DNA of 63,689 bases, filler included, from Reclinomonas americana ATCC 50394 (lineage: Eukaryota): assembly GCA_048213135.1 (NCBI GenBank). It is 9 parts of 5 records of this genome, joined end to end, with 100 filler letters (N's around TTAATTAATTAA, not from the genome) between each part and the next. Parts side by side here need not be neighbours in the genome. Positions count along the whole stretch, not along the records: positions 30,701 to 44,120 come from PS015213.1; positions 44,221 to 58,543 come from PS015213.1; 7 more parts are not named here. One strand, 5' to 3'. Positions 40,150 through 53,285 of this stretch are shown in pieces. The notes under the pieces are model-generated. The model was not told the DNA's origin, ran no database searches, and was given only the letters and a program-made list of their open reading frames with translations. Made by a program: the position numbers and the translations under genes. The stretch's first letter is position 1; each line of letters begins with the position of its first letter.

Positions 40150-41735
40150 ATGGCGGTGAGTGTGTCACCAGCTGCGTCGCGAGCTCACACAAAGTGTCTC
40201 ATCATTTTCGCCCACCACAGTCAAGCCCGCTCAAGTACAAGCGCTACGCTCCGGAACACGGTCTGGAAGGTGTGTGAGTGTGTGGAGTCAGATGCACGCT
40301 TGTCTACCCGCCCCTGGTCGCTCACTAGCACCCCCTGCTGCCTTCAGGCGTCGTCTCCATGACCAAGAGCGCGTACATTCATCCTCAGGCGCAGATGGGA
40401 CCGGCAGCGATTGGTGAGCGCGATGAAACCGCTCCACGAGTGGGCGTGACAACTTGGACTTCTTCTCACACCGCTTGTGCCCCCGCAGCTCCGTCGCCCA
40501 AGTCCTCGCCCAAGTCCTCGATCAAGTCGCCATCCAGCCCGGTGAGTTCTTCTCCTCCGCTTCCGCACGAATCCATCGATTCCACGGTGACTGACAGCGC
40601 TGCAGGGCTCCATGCGATCGCCCAGCTCCCTTGCGGGGACTCCAACGCGCGACAAGTGGTACGAGGGTTCGTCTGCCTCTCACTCTTCTTCGTCCCATGG
40701 CTTTCGCGGACAGCTCACCGCTGGCGACGCAGGTTTCCAGACGGAGACGCAGGCCACATTCTCGCCACCGCACACTCGTACACCCAGTTTCGTGCCTCAC
40801 TGTGTGACTCTTGCATGTGCTCGCCACGACAGCAGCACTCACCGAAAACGTGCAGAAGCGGATCCCACCCTGCCGCCGAGTCCTTCCAAAGAAACACGCG
40901 GCCGCTCGCGCATCACGTTTGGCGACAAAGGTGACAGACAGCCACACCTATCCCGCCCACGTTTCATCACCTTGGCTCACTCCTGCATTTGCATGCACAG
41001 TCCACGAGTCGAACACGTTTACGACCACCACCGCCCAGAGCTACATCAATCCGCAATCACGCGAAACACCTCCGTCGCCGACGACCCCGACGTATGCTCG
41101 CCGTGACCCGTCCAGGCATGTCTCTTTACCCTTCACCCTCGTCTCTCTCTGTCCATGACACGCGCTTTCTGACGGTACCATCATCTGCAGTCCGTCCTTC
41201 ACGGAGAGAAACACTCCGCAGTCGCCGACAACTCGGGGCGGCACAGGCACGTACCACCGAACCACTCATTTCAACCTGGGTGCCAGCGATCAAACCGCCT
41301 CCCTCTTCTCCACCACGACCGGTGCGCACTACGTGCCACCCGCCGCCACTGCTGCTTCGCCGACTGGATCTGCCACTGGTGCAGCAGCTGCTGCTGCTGC
41401 ACACGGCGGGTTTGCTTCACGGATAAGGTGCGTGGGGAAGGTGGCGAAACCAATGCACTTGCAAGCTTGGAACTTATCTATTTTTTCGTTCCCTTCGTGC
41501 CTGCAGCCCGACCAAGAGTCGTGGTGGGGCCAGTGGCCTGCAAGTTGCCCCGAGTGCGGTGGCCATGTGGAAGCAAGAGTGCGTCACGGAGACCTCTCGG
41601 GCCTTCACCAAGCCCACGGATGTTCAGCGCACCCTGCCCATCAGGCCGTCACCATCGGGCAATGTGCTCGGCCGCGATTTTCCCCTCGTCACCGTCACCA
41701 CCAATCGCATGCATTTCGCACCAGCATCGCCATGA
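40150..41735 (+). CDS. Ser/Pro/Thr-rich protein with repeated Mn-like ([ST]xTxxx[FY]xxP-type) motifs; candidate SAXO-type microtubule inner protein
   Basis: Motifs SMTKSAYIHP, FQTETQATFSPP, FTTTTAQSYINP, VTETSRAFTKP and VTTNRMHFAP lie in otherwise disordered sequence. The first coding exon is only ATGGCG. Confidence 0.55.
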
Positions 41736-41929
41736 CGCGCGCGCTTGGGGGAAAGAGAAATGGTCACCGAGGAACAATGGTCAGGATGGAAGGCGGGCGC
41801 GCGTGAATCACACAGAAAGCAGCACTGCACACAATAAAATGTAAAGCGAGACGCGTAAGGAGTAGTAGTATTCGTGTTTGTGTGTGAATATATACTTGTG
41901 AGGGCAGTTGAAAGACAAGCAAAACAGCG

Positions 41930-44900
41930 TCAGTCCAAATCATGTGCATCCTCATCGACATTGCCACCACCACCAATGCCACCATCGAAATCATTGTCTC
42001 CTTCTGCACGCGGACCACCGGCTCCGTCGCCAGGCTCAACGAGTGGCAGACCGGCATTATTCAGTGCAATGCGAGAGTTGCTGGCCACCACTTCCACAGA
42101 CTGTCGTGTGGTGCGAGCAGATCTCATCAGCAGCAGCACGCATCAATGGCAACAACAACGTCATCGCACGCAACGTGATTCAGCAGCTGACGAAGTAACC
42201 GTGCAGCTCCAGAGGAGATCAGAGCCTCCTTGTTCTCCGCATTGTCTGCGCAAGTGAGGGTGGCGATGAGATCATGTCACTTCCGCTCCTGACAAGGGAG
42301 TGATGACTACGCACCATACACGGCAGTGGAGAGAGCGGCGGCACAGTTGCGGATCACTTGCGCGTGTGAGCAGCGAAGACCTTGCACGAGCAACTCGAAT
42401 CCGCCAGCGTCGCGCAGGCGATCCTGGTTGGCGCGATGTCGTGCCACCAAGTGGCACAGGGTGGCACTCGCACGTTCACGCACAGTTGGCGTGTGATAGG
42501 GTGACGGCACGAGTAGTCCCAGCAGCTTCTCAACGCAGCCAGCATCGCCAAGCGTGGTTCGATTCACTGTGACTGGTCCCGACGACACTGTGCCAGGGAG
42601 CAAAGTGTCGGTGCGTGTTTGAGGCAAGCAGAAGTGAGTAGCAAACTGACCTCCGGGGCCAAAGACACACGCCTCGATGGCCAAACAAGTGTTCTCCAGC
42701 AGGCGCTCCGTGGTATAATCCAGGAGTGTGATGAGGAACACGAGGTGATCGGGGTGCTCACTAATCACTTGCTTGAAATCAACATGCGCTGCAACAGGAG
42801 CACGCCGAGTCAGTCACCACATGGTCAACTTGGATTGCAGAGAGAAAAGAAGAAGAAGAAAGAAGCACAGACCGTCCAGACAAGTAAACAGCAATCGCAC
42901 GCTGTCACATCTGGCCTCATCGTCGTTCTCCAATTGAATCGCGTCCATGAGTCGGTCAATGAGCCGAGCGCCAATCTGTTGTGCGTCAGGGGCACCTGTG
43001 CGGAAATAGGNNNNNNNNNNNNNNNNNNNNNNNNNNNNNNNNNNNNNNNNNNNNNNNNNNNNNNNNNNNNNNNNNNNNNNNNNNNNNNNNNNNNNNNNNN
43101 NNNNNNNNNNNNNNNNNNNNNNNNNNNNNNNNNNNNNNNNNNNNNNNNNNNNNNNNNNNNNNNNNNNNNNNNNNNNNNNNNNNNNNNNNNNNNNNNNNNN
43201 NNNNNNNNNNNNNNNNNNNNNNNNNNNNNNNNNNNNNNNNNNNNNNNNNNNNNNNNNNNNNNNNNNNNNNNNNNNNNNNNNNNNNNNNNNNNNNNNNNNN
43301 NNNNNNNNNNNNNNNNNNNNNNNNNNNNNNNNNNNNNNNNNNNNNNNNNNNNNNNNNNNNNNNNNNNNNNNNNNNNNNNNNNNNNNNNNNNNNNNNNNNN
43401 NNNNNNNNNNNNNNNNNNNNNNNNNNNNNNNNNNNNNNNNNNNNNNNNNNNNNNNNNNNNNNNNNNNNNNNNNNNNNNNNNNNNNNNNNNNNNNNNNNNN
43501 NNNNNNNNNNNNNNNNNNNNNNNNNNNNNNNNNNNNNNNNNNNNNNNNNNNNNNNNNNNNNNNNNNNNNNNNNNNNNNNNNNNNNNNNNNNNNNNNNNNN
43601 NNNNNNNNNNNNNNNNNNNNNNNNNNNNACACAGCAGGTGAGCATGCCGCACACTTGTACACCTCCCTCCTTCGCCGGGGACAAATGATCATCGCACCTT
43701 GAGCGGCCGCCACAATCGCCTGCAACGAATACGATGGCACCACGGTGGCCTGATGCTCCAACAGATCCATCAGCAGATCGAGAGTTCCGCATTCGCGCAT
43801 GCGACGACGCGCGTCATCGCACGAGCCGGCGCAGTCACGCAGTGCGAGGCACGAATTGCCGAGGACGTGCTGGTTGTTCGCCGACTTCATGATCTGCGTC
43901 AACTTCTCAATGCCACCGGCGGCACACAGCGCGTCCTGATTGCCGCGGTGATCTACGGGGAGTCGTCAGAGATGGAAAACAATGGCGATAGAGAGCGAGG
44001 AAAAATGAAGGCGCAACTCTTGACCGCCGATGAAATGGCGGCGGCCGAGTTACGCGGTACTTGTATGTGGGAGTGAGTGAGCAGGTTGACCAGGGTGGGC
44101 ATGCACCGCAGCTCCAACATNNNNNNNNNNNNNNNNNNNNNNNNNNNNNNNNNNNNNNNNNNNNTTAATTAATTAANNNNNNNNNNNNNNNNNNNNNNNN
44201 NNNNNNNNNNNNNNNNNNNNGGCATCTTTGCTGGGCTGGTGCTCTACAGGGGGTGGTAAGTCGCTGATATGAGGAGAAGAACTGGCGCGACACATACACA
44301 CGTACCCCACGCGCAGTGTGTGAGGGAGCTGGCCGCACGCTCGATTGCACCGTCGTCGGCGCTCGTTTGCAGCACCTGCAGCAGCGAGCGGATGCCACCC
44401 ACTCGGAACCACGTGTCCTTGGCGTGCGCTGCAAGCGACAGAAGAGTGTTACAGCGTGTGAGGGTACAGATGCAGAGAGAAAGTGTCACGTACCACAAGA
44501 GCGCACGGCGACCTCGACCACGAGGCACGCGCGACGGCAAATCGGAGCATTAGGACTCTCCACCAGCAGCTTGATGGATGAGAGGCCTCCAATCTGAGTA
44601 ACAGTGATGAGTTTTTCCACTCATGCGTGCGATTAAATATGATGAACGCACATCCACAAAGCGCTGCGTCAGTTCTTCGTTGTGATTGAGGCACTCGGCG
44701 AGGACCTCGCATGTGATGTGGCGGCATTGGGGCATGTCGATGCCTGGGCGAGTCGCGTCGTTGGAGGCGTCCAGAATGCGCGCAAACGCCTCCATTCCGC
44801 CGGCCTCCAGCAGGCGTGTGTGCGCCCGTTGGTATCCTGTCGTGGGTTTGTGCGAGGTCAGCAACACGGTTACGGGGCAGGCAAGGGACTGTGCAACAAA

Positions 44901-47900
44901 CCGGTGACAACTTCGCGCAGTGCAATAAGCGAGTTGCTGACGATGGGCTGCACGAGTGGTGGTGAGTGCGCAGCTTGATGGCGGATTGTTAAAAAATTGT
45001 CTGCGTACCGAAAAGTCGTGAGAGAGGAGGTGAATCAACACCTCGATGCCATCCAAGTCCACCACGAGAGCCTGTGCCGGCTCAAAATCTAGGAAGGGAG
45101 GAAAGCAGCCGCTCAGCAGCAACGAGAGCACACGAAAGAGACGCAGTGAAAAGCAAACCTCGGGTGGCCGACGAGAGCGCGGCAATCGAGTTTCTCACGA
45201 CCTCCTTGTTCTCCGTGGCGTGCGTCTTGATAATGGTCACCAGCGTAGCCGTGAGGTTCAATTCGTGACTGCGCGCACGCGCACGCGGAGCAGCTGCACA
45301 CCATGACAGCAAACGTTACACATTGCAAGCAATCTGTGCATCATGCATGACGCACCGAAAACAGCATGACACAGAGTGCCCGCCACGCGCTCTCGCACAT
45401 CCACCACCGGCGAACCCAGCAGCTCAATCAGCGAATCCAGCCCACCAGCATCCAACAACGCATTGCGCACACGAAGCGGATCACGAGCCTCTGCACACAG
45501 ACACACAAACACAATCAGAACGCCGATGCACACACGCACACAGTGGCACACACTGACGCACCGCGCACGAGGTTCTCAATCACACGCGCAGCCTTGGCTT
45601 GCACCTATCCCTCCCGGCATGAGCAACACAGATGCATCTGTGGAGTTGCCAACAGCACTTACAAAACTCACCACTGGCGACGGATGCAACATGACAGCCG
45701 ACAGCGCTCGTGCAATGCGCGGTTGCGGTCCGTCTTCCCCATCAGGAGCAGCCGCAGCAGCCGTCACAACCGCAGCTGCCATGCTCGCTGGACCCGCATC
45801 GTCCTCTGCATCATCATCATTGGAAAGATCATAGTGAGTGAATGATCAGTTGGCGTGAATCAATCGGGAGAAATAGATTGAGTGTGCATGNNNNNNNNNN
45901 NNNNNNNNNNNNNNNNNNNNNNNNNNNNNNNNNNNNNNNNNNNNNNNNNNNNNNNNNNNNNNNNNNNNNNNNNNNNNNNNNNNNNNNNNNNNNNNNNNNN
46001 NNNNNNNNNNNNNNNNNNNNNNNNNNNNNNNNNNNNNNNNNNNNNNNNNNNNNNNNNNNNNNNNNNNNNNNNNNNNNNNNNNNNNNNNNNNNNNNNNNNN
46101 NNNNNNNNNNNNNNNNNNNNNNNNNNNNNNNNNNNNNNNNNNNNNCGCATCCTTGCTGGGCTGGTGCTCTGCAGGGGTTGGTAAGTCGCTGATATGAGGA
46201 GAAGAACTGGCGCGACACATACACACGTACCCCACGCGCAGTGTGTCAGGGAGCTGGCCGCACGCTCAATTGCACCGTCGTCGGCGCTCGTTTGCAGTAC
46301 CTGCAGCAGCGAGCGGATGCCACCCACTCGGAACCACGTGTCCTTGGCGTGCGCTGCAAGCGACACAAGAGTGTTTCAGCGTGAGAGGGTACAGACGCAG
46401 AGGGAAAGTGTCACGTACCACACGAGCGCACGGCGACCTCGACCACGAGGCACGCGCGACGGCAAATCGGAGCATTAGGACTCTCCACCAGCAGCTTGAT
46501 GGATGAGAGGCCTCCAATCTGAGTACCAGTGATGAGTTTTTCCACTCATGCGTGCGATTAAATGTGATGAACGCACATCCACAAAGCGCTGCGTCAGTTC
46601 TTCGTTGTGATTGAGGCACTCGGCGAGGACCTCGCACGTGATGTGGCGGCATTGGGGCATGTCGATGCCTGGGCGAGTCGCGTCGTTGGAGGCGTCCAGA
46701 ATGCGTGCGAAGGCCTCCATTCCTCCGGCCTCCAGCAGGCGTGTGTGCGCCCGTTGGTATCCTGTCGGGGGTTTGTGCGAGGTCAGCGACGCGGTTACGG
46801 GGCAGGCAAGGGACTGTGCAACAAACCGGTGACAACTTCGCGCAGTGCAATAAGCGAGTTGCTGACGATGGGCTGCACGAGTGGTGGTGAGTGCGCAGCT
46901 TGATGGCGGATTGTTAAAAAGTTGTCTACGTACCGAAAAGTCGTGGGAGAGGAGGTGAATCAACACCTCGATGCCATCTAAGTCCACCACGAGAGCCTGT
47001 GCCGGCTCAAAATCTAGGAAGGGAGGAAAGCAGCCGCTCAGCAGCAACGAGAGCACACGAAAGAGACGCAGTGAAAAGCAAACCTCGGGTGGCCGACGAG
47101 AGCGCGGCAATCGAGTTTCTCACGACCTCCTTGTTCTCCGTGGCGTGCGTCTTGATAATGGTCACCAGCGTAGCCGTGAGGTTCAACTCATGACTGCGCG
47201 CACGCGCACGCGGAGCAGCTGCACACCATGACAGCGAATGTTACACAATGCAAGCAATCTCTGCGCGTCGTGCATGACGCACCGAAAACAGCATGACACA
47301 GAGTGCCCGCCACGCGCTCTCGTACATCCACCACCGGCGAACCCAGCAGCTCAATCAGCGAATCCAGCCCACCAGCATCCAACAACGCATTGCGCACACG
47401 AAGCGGATCACGAGCCTCTGCGCGCAGACATACACACAATCAGAACGCCGATGCACACGCACACACAGTGGCACACACTGACGCACCGCGCACAAGGTTC
47501 TCAATCACACGCGCAGCCTTGGCTTGCACCTATCCCTCCCGGCATGAGCAACACAGATGCATCTGTGGAGTTGCCAACAGCACTTGCAAAACTCACCACT
47601 GGCGACGGATGCAACATGACAGCCGACAGCGCTCGTGCTATGCGCGGTTGCGGTCCGTCTTCCCCATCAGGAGCAGCCGCAGCAGCCGTCACAACCGCAG
47701 CTGCCATGCTCGCTGGACCCGCATCGTCCTCTGCATCATCATCATTGGAAAGATCATAGTGAGTGAATGATCAGTTGGCGTGAATCAATCGGGAGAAATG
47801 GATTGAGTGTGCATGANNNNNNNNNNNNNNNNNNNNNNNNNNNNNNNNNNNNNNNNNNNNNNNNNNNNNNNNNNNNNNNNNNNNNNNNNNNNNNNNNNNN

Positions 47901-47927
47901 NNNNNNNNNNNNNNNNNNNNNNNNNNN

Positions 47928-47959
<32 letters not shown>

Positions 47960-48207
47960 CGGGAGAGAGTGTGTGTGTGTGTGTGTGCTCTTACCTGATC
48001 GCGGAATCGTGTCGGCGACTTGCTGCAACAACTCCATGATGCGCGGATTGTTCCATGCCAGACGATCCATGACGCCCTCCACCTCGCGATAGTCGACATT
48101 CGCCGCCACTGCACTCACACATTCACACAGAGAAAGAAAAACACACACACACACACACACAGAGTGAGTGAGCAGAACACACACTGGACAACAACATTTG
48201 CAGTCAT
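41930..48207 (-). CDS. Armadillo-repeat protein (multi-exon; a 1.67-kb part is present twice)
   Basis: ARM repeats: VRNALLDAGGLDSLIELLGSP...VRERVAGTL, AVKNHRGNQDALCAAGGIEKL, NRTTLGDAGCVEKLLGLL and NQDRLRDAGGFELLV. The start codon is tentative. Confidence 0.85.
44221..47815 (+). repeat. Near-identical direct duplication of 44221-45890 at 46146-47815
   Basis: Collinear over about 1.67 kb with scattered substitutions and small intronic indels. Both copies begin and end at equivalent bases next to N gaps. Confidence 0.97.
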
Positions 48208-48430
48208 GACTCTGTGAGACGCACTCTTTTTTTTCTGCGTCTCTCTCACACTCGCTGCGCTCCTTGTCGACTTGTGTGTGTGTGCGAGTGTCTCGTTGCT
48301 CTCGCTCTCTGCCTCACACAACACGCACGCGATGGATGCGCAAAAATTGCCGTGGACAGTGCACTAGTGACGTAATACGCGCGACTGTCTCTTGCGCGCG
48401 TGTGTGTGTGAGTGTGTGTGAGTGTGTGTG

Positions 48431-51400
48431 ATGGAAGGTGCTCTGCAGCGACGCGTGCACGGCGCCAACTCGTCGCATTATGCGCGCCTGCGTGGTTGGA
48501 AACTGTACTTTTACCCCGACAATCACGTGCGTCTCTCTCTCTCTCATACACACACGCGTACACACGTCTTCCTGTCTCTCCTCCCTCTCTCTCTTTCACT
48601 CTCAACTGTGTGCGTGTGCGTGTGCGATCGGAGATTTTCCTCATCAGCTCTCTCACCTCACATCGTGCAGGCGACTGATTACACGGATTCGCTGCTGTTG
48701 CGCGGAATGGAGCTCATTGACACGGGAAGTGCAGTGTTTATGCTGCACGACACCAAAGGCCAAGTCACTCATCGGTGAGAGACAGACAGAGAGAGAGAGA
48801 GACAGGGAAGGAGAGAGAAAGAGCTCATGTGTTGCTCTTGTGCGAAAAGGTTGCAAGCGGATAGTGTGGACGACGAGAAGAAGTGGATTGCGGCGCTGTG
48901 TCAGATGATGGAGGTGTGCATGCGCATCCCCTATGCATGTCAATCGGTGAGAGGGCCTCCGATTCACGTACATGCTCACAGGTCATTCAGCACAATGAGT
49001 TGCCGCTGGATCATCCGTCGCGACAGGTTCCTTGCGTGTTTCTTCCGTGCGTCCCTCCCCTCTCCCTCTCTCACGCACAGACGGGATGCAGATCATGTCG
49101 CCACGATCCGGACGGTTCGACTATTCACCGGCGCTGCAGCAGCAGATGCATCAGCAGCAACAGCAGCAACACTCGCATGAGCACAGTGCGGCGCCGATTG
49201 TGTCGCCAGAGGATCCGCTCACGTTGGCGCATCGTAGTCCTGTGCAGCGGGTGTTTGCGGATCCGGAGGCCACTCTGACGGTGAAGACATGTCATTTTTT
49301 CGCTCGCTGTTCGGTTTCTTGCTGAACGTGATGCGCTGCAGCTGGTATTCCCGGAGGGCTGGGCCGAGCTGGAGCCGGTGAATGAGACGCAGATCACGCG
49401 GTTGATTATCAAGTCGGGTGTGGGATTGGAGTTACGTGTTGCTGGGGTTTTTGGATTTTTGGTGTCGTGTCCGGACATGCTCACCCGTGAACTGTGCAGG
49501 CTCGGCACGATTGCGCTGATGCGAGAACACGTGCAAACCGACGTTAATGGCGCCTGTACGGTCGACGACTACCTGTGGGGCTTCTTTGACTCGCTCAATG
49601 GCGCACTGGAGGGTGTGTACTCTTTTAGCTGGCAAGCGAGGATATTCAGCGTGACTCACAGTTTTTGCACAGAGATTACGCGCGTGCCGGTGGTCATGCT
49701 CGGCAACGTGGTGATGCCATTCTCCACGCCTGACGAAGCCTTCCTCGGGCACGATGGCCTGCAGTTTTTCGCCTCCCATGTTGCGCGCTTCTGACACGTG
49801 ATGTTCACGTGTGTTCCGTTCGCTCACTGTGTCTCTCTGTGTGTTCGTGCGGCAGTCGGCTCAACAAAAAACACGATTCTGGTTCTTTCTGTGTGTGCTG
49901 CTTCCCACTTCAGTCACCCGTGCTCACATGCCAGACCCTCCTCCACGCACAGGGTGGTGTGCATTCAAGTGGGCACCACGTTTTACAGCTGTGCATTGAC
50001 GGCCGCCGACTCAGCATTTGACAAGTGCAAGGAGGCTGTCGACATGATGCTCCGACGGTGCACGCTGATTGGCGACGATTCAGAAGCCAGCTCGGCCACC
50101 ACCTCCGGTACGTGCCCTTTTTGCTGTCTTTGCCACCTCTCGCTGACCGTGCTCCCACAGAGGAAGAGTCGAGTCTGCCAACTGCCGTCACGCCGCTGCA
50201 AATGCCGTCGTCGAATCCGTCACCGCAGCCTGCGGCGGACCCGGAGCAATCGTCGCCCGTGTCGCCACAGCCGACGTTGCAGCGCATACCCTCGATGGCG
50301 TTCCAACGCCCGCCACCACCGCCACCAACAGTAGTGCAAGCACAAGCAGTGGAGGCGCCACCTTCGCCCCCGCAGCCACCACAGCCGCAAGTGGAAGTCA
50401 TCCCGGAGCCGGAAATCGCGGAACCCCTGGACGACATCTTCGAAGACACAATATCGGTGGTGTCGTACTCGCACGGTCTCCGCGTGTCCATGTCGGAGGA
50501 CTGGAAGCTGAGTTCGGATGGCGAATCGTGGTTGGCATGGGAGCGGGATGGTACAGAAATCAAATTGTTATGCGACGAGGACGAGGCGCCCATCTCGTCA
50601 GACATTGCCTCGGTGGAGGTGGGTTGGGCTGAGTGGAGCAAGAACAGTCGGAGTAGTTGCTCATCGCTGCGCACAGCAACGGGTGGCTGGATTTGTGGAG
50701 GACGACAGCGAGGTGCGGATGCTGCTGGTCGATTGCAACGACCAGCACATTCCGGTGGCTGAAGTACACGAGGTTGGTGTGGTGAGGGGGGAGAGTGGAG
50801 GAAGAGGATGCTGACCAGGGTTTGAGTTTGCAGGATGGCGTGCGCTACCAGTTTTGGTTCTTCACCAGCGGCGTACGGTTGGTGGAGGAAGAGAGTCAAA
50901 AACGCACAGAGTGCATTATATCTCATCGTTCTGTCGTCTGCAGCATCATATGGCTCATTTTTGCGTCTCCTGATGATCTCGAGTTGCGTCGCGTGGCACT
51001 AGCTGCTCTCCTGCCACTTCATTGCCTCACTCCTTCTCTCTTTGCAGCTTTGACGCGGGGGAGATTCACGAAATCGCCTCGTCGGTGCGCTTCATTGACC
51101 CGGCAACCGGCGACCTGTCACGCATGAGACCAGTGTGGGAGTACGCTGCCGTGTGCGACAAGCCACGCTGCTTGTGGGAGTACGAGATTGCACCACCGGC
51201 GCGCTGCTCTGTCTCCATTCCCGGCTGGTGGACACCATTGTCGCAGGTGTGATTGTTTTCTCCTCCTCGTCTTCTCACCGCAAGCTGCTGTGTGTCGCTC
51301 ACTGACGGCGCCCGCCGCTGCAGCGGATACCACTGGCACTCATGTCGTTCCTCATTGTGAGTGGCACGGCTGGACAATCGCTGTTCCAGGTGGTCTCGGA

Positions 51401-51769
51401 GGAGAGACCAGAGGGCATGACTCCACAAGAACACTTTGAGTTGTCGGCCAACTCCATGATGGAGACCTGGTCGTTCCTGAAGGACACGAAACCCACGTTC
51501 GGCCGTCACCTGGGTCGCTTCGACTGCTACGAATTCGGCGGCACCTTTACGCCGGCCCCCGGCGCTCGCGAGACCACCGTGTACAATAAGTTGCGTGTCT
51601 GCGGCTCATGTTTGTTTTTGCTTCTTGCCAGCGCACTCACCACCATGACAGGGTGATTTTGGGCAACACTCGCATCTTTAGTGCCCAGTTCCTCGGCAAC
51701 GACTCACAAGTGCCGCATCACCTGCGGCTGGTCAAGCACCTCACGCACTCGCTCCTCGCTGTCAGTTGA
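48431..51769 (+). CDS. N-terminal PH-domain protein with a Pro-rich linker and repeated alpha/beta C-terminal domains
   Basis: MEGALQRR...YARLRGWKLYFY...HR|LQADSVDDEKKWIAAL is a typical PH pattern. The gene has many exons and ends LTHSLLAVS*. Confidence 0.7.
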
Positions 51770-51903
51770 AGCAATCACGATGGACGATTAAAAATTTTGC
51801 ACATCATTTTTAAAAAGTGTCTGTGTACTCCTCCCACGCAGGGAGGGGGTGATGCAGTGAGAGAGTGGTATCATCTCACCGTGTCTTCTTCTTCCTTGCC
51901 TTC

Positions 51904-52883
51904 CTACTGCTGCTTCTCCCACTCACGGACGAGGTTCTCCAGCTTGGCATGCAAATCCTGCAGGGTCGTGGCGTTGATAATGTAAGCGTCGGCCAGGGCC
52001 ATGGTTTCGCGGACACGCTGTCCGGCGCCCTCTCCATACGACTCGCGATCGTCAGCCTCCAAGAACGTAAGCAATGTTGCGGTGGGATCGGCCTCGCGGG
52101 CACGCTTCTCACAGCGCTGGAAACGCAGCTGGGGAAGGGAGAGAGAGCGAACAGTCAGCTGTGTTTCTGTGCCTGCGTTGAGTGTACAGTCTCTTCCGCT
52201 TGCTGTCACTGCTGTCATGCGGGTCACGCCCGACAATAACAACAGAGCCGTGTGGAAAAGACAAGAGAGAGCGGACCAAGCACGCAACAGCCATGGGTGC
52301 ATCGAGAGCAATCAAGCGGAACTGGGGAATGGCGGCACGGAGAGCGCGGACTTCGTCGGGGTGGCGGATCGAGTCAATGATGAAGCCGGCGGGGTGCTTC
52401 TGCTCACCCAGTCACCGAGTGAGCGAACGGAACGCGGAACATGTGGGCAGGGAGACCCAGAGCTGCTCACCTGCTGCTCCTCGGCCTGGATGTAGTCGAC
52501 GGCCTTGACGCCGAGCGCACCAGGTCCGTACTGTGTGCGCAGCTCGTTGCCCTCCTTGCGCAGGTTGTCACTGAGAGAGGAGTCTGGTCGGTCAATGACA
52601 TGCAAGTCGTGCATGCAAAATGCAAAATGCGCACCGAGTGACTGCATCGGGGCCAAGACGAGCGGCAATGCGAGCACGCAGCACGTTGCTGAGCGAGAAT
52701 GCCATGTAGCCACGCGCGCGGAAAAAGTTCAGAACCTCCTCCTTGCCCGCGCCTTGTCACACACATGCATGAGTCACAGCGATGGAGAGAAGGAGAGGAG
52801 AGAGAAGGCGCACCCATGCCACCGCAGACGCCAATCACACGCGCCACCACACGACGAGACGGTGCGTTCTCCGTGCCAGTCAT
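51904..52883 (-). CDS. UPF0200/CoaE-like P-loop nucleotide kinase (archaeal/CPR-type), with introns
   Basis: Spliced: VIGVCGGMG|AGKEEV...FSLSNVLR...TR|DNLRKEGNELRTQYGPGAL...IIDSIRHPDEV...LIALDAPMA|LRFQRCEKRAREADP...FLEADDRE...MALADAYIINATTLQDL. Confidence 0.8.
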
Positions 52884-53285
52884 GATTTTGAGTGTTGTCC
52901 GCGCGTGGCCGGACAGACAGCGATTGTTTCGTGCCCACTGTCAACGCCTCCTTATGCGCAGTAGAAGCTCTGTGACACGCACGCAAGGCAACGACAAGGC
53001 GAGAGAGAGCAAAAGAGCATGATTTTTGATGACTTCGCGTCACTGTCGCTCATGCTCTTTCGAATTCTCGCGCAGAAGGACCGCGTCGCGCACACCATCG
53101 CCTTACACAACACGCTGCATCGGCTTGACACCGACGTGCACGAGCGGGCGTGTGTGGGAGAACGTCGCCGATATCGACGCACCGGACACCAAAATTCTTC
53201 CGCGTACTCACTTGCTCTCTCGCTCTCGCTCGCTCGCTCACGCCATCAGCAAGCAACACCAGTGAGAAAAAAAGAAGAAGAAGCA

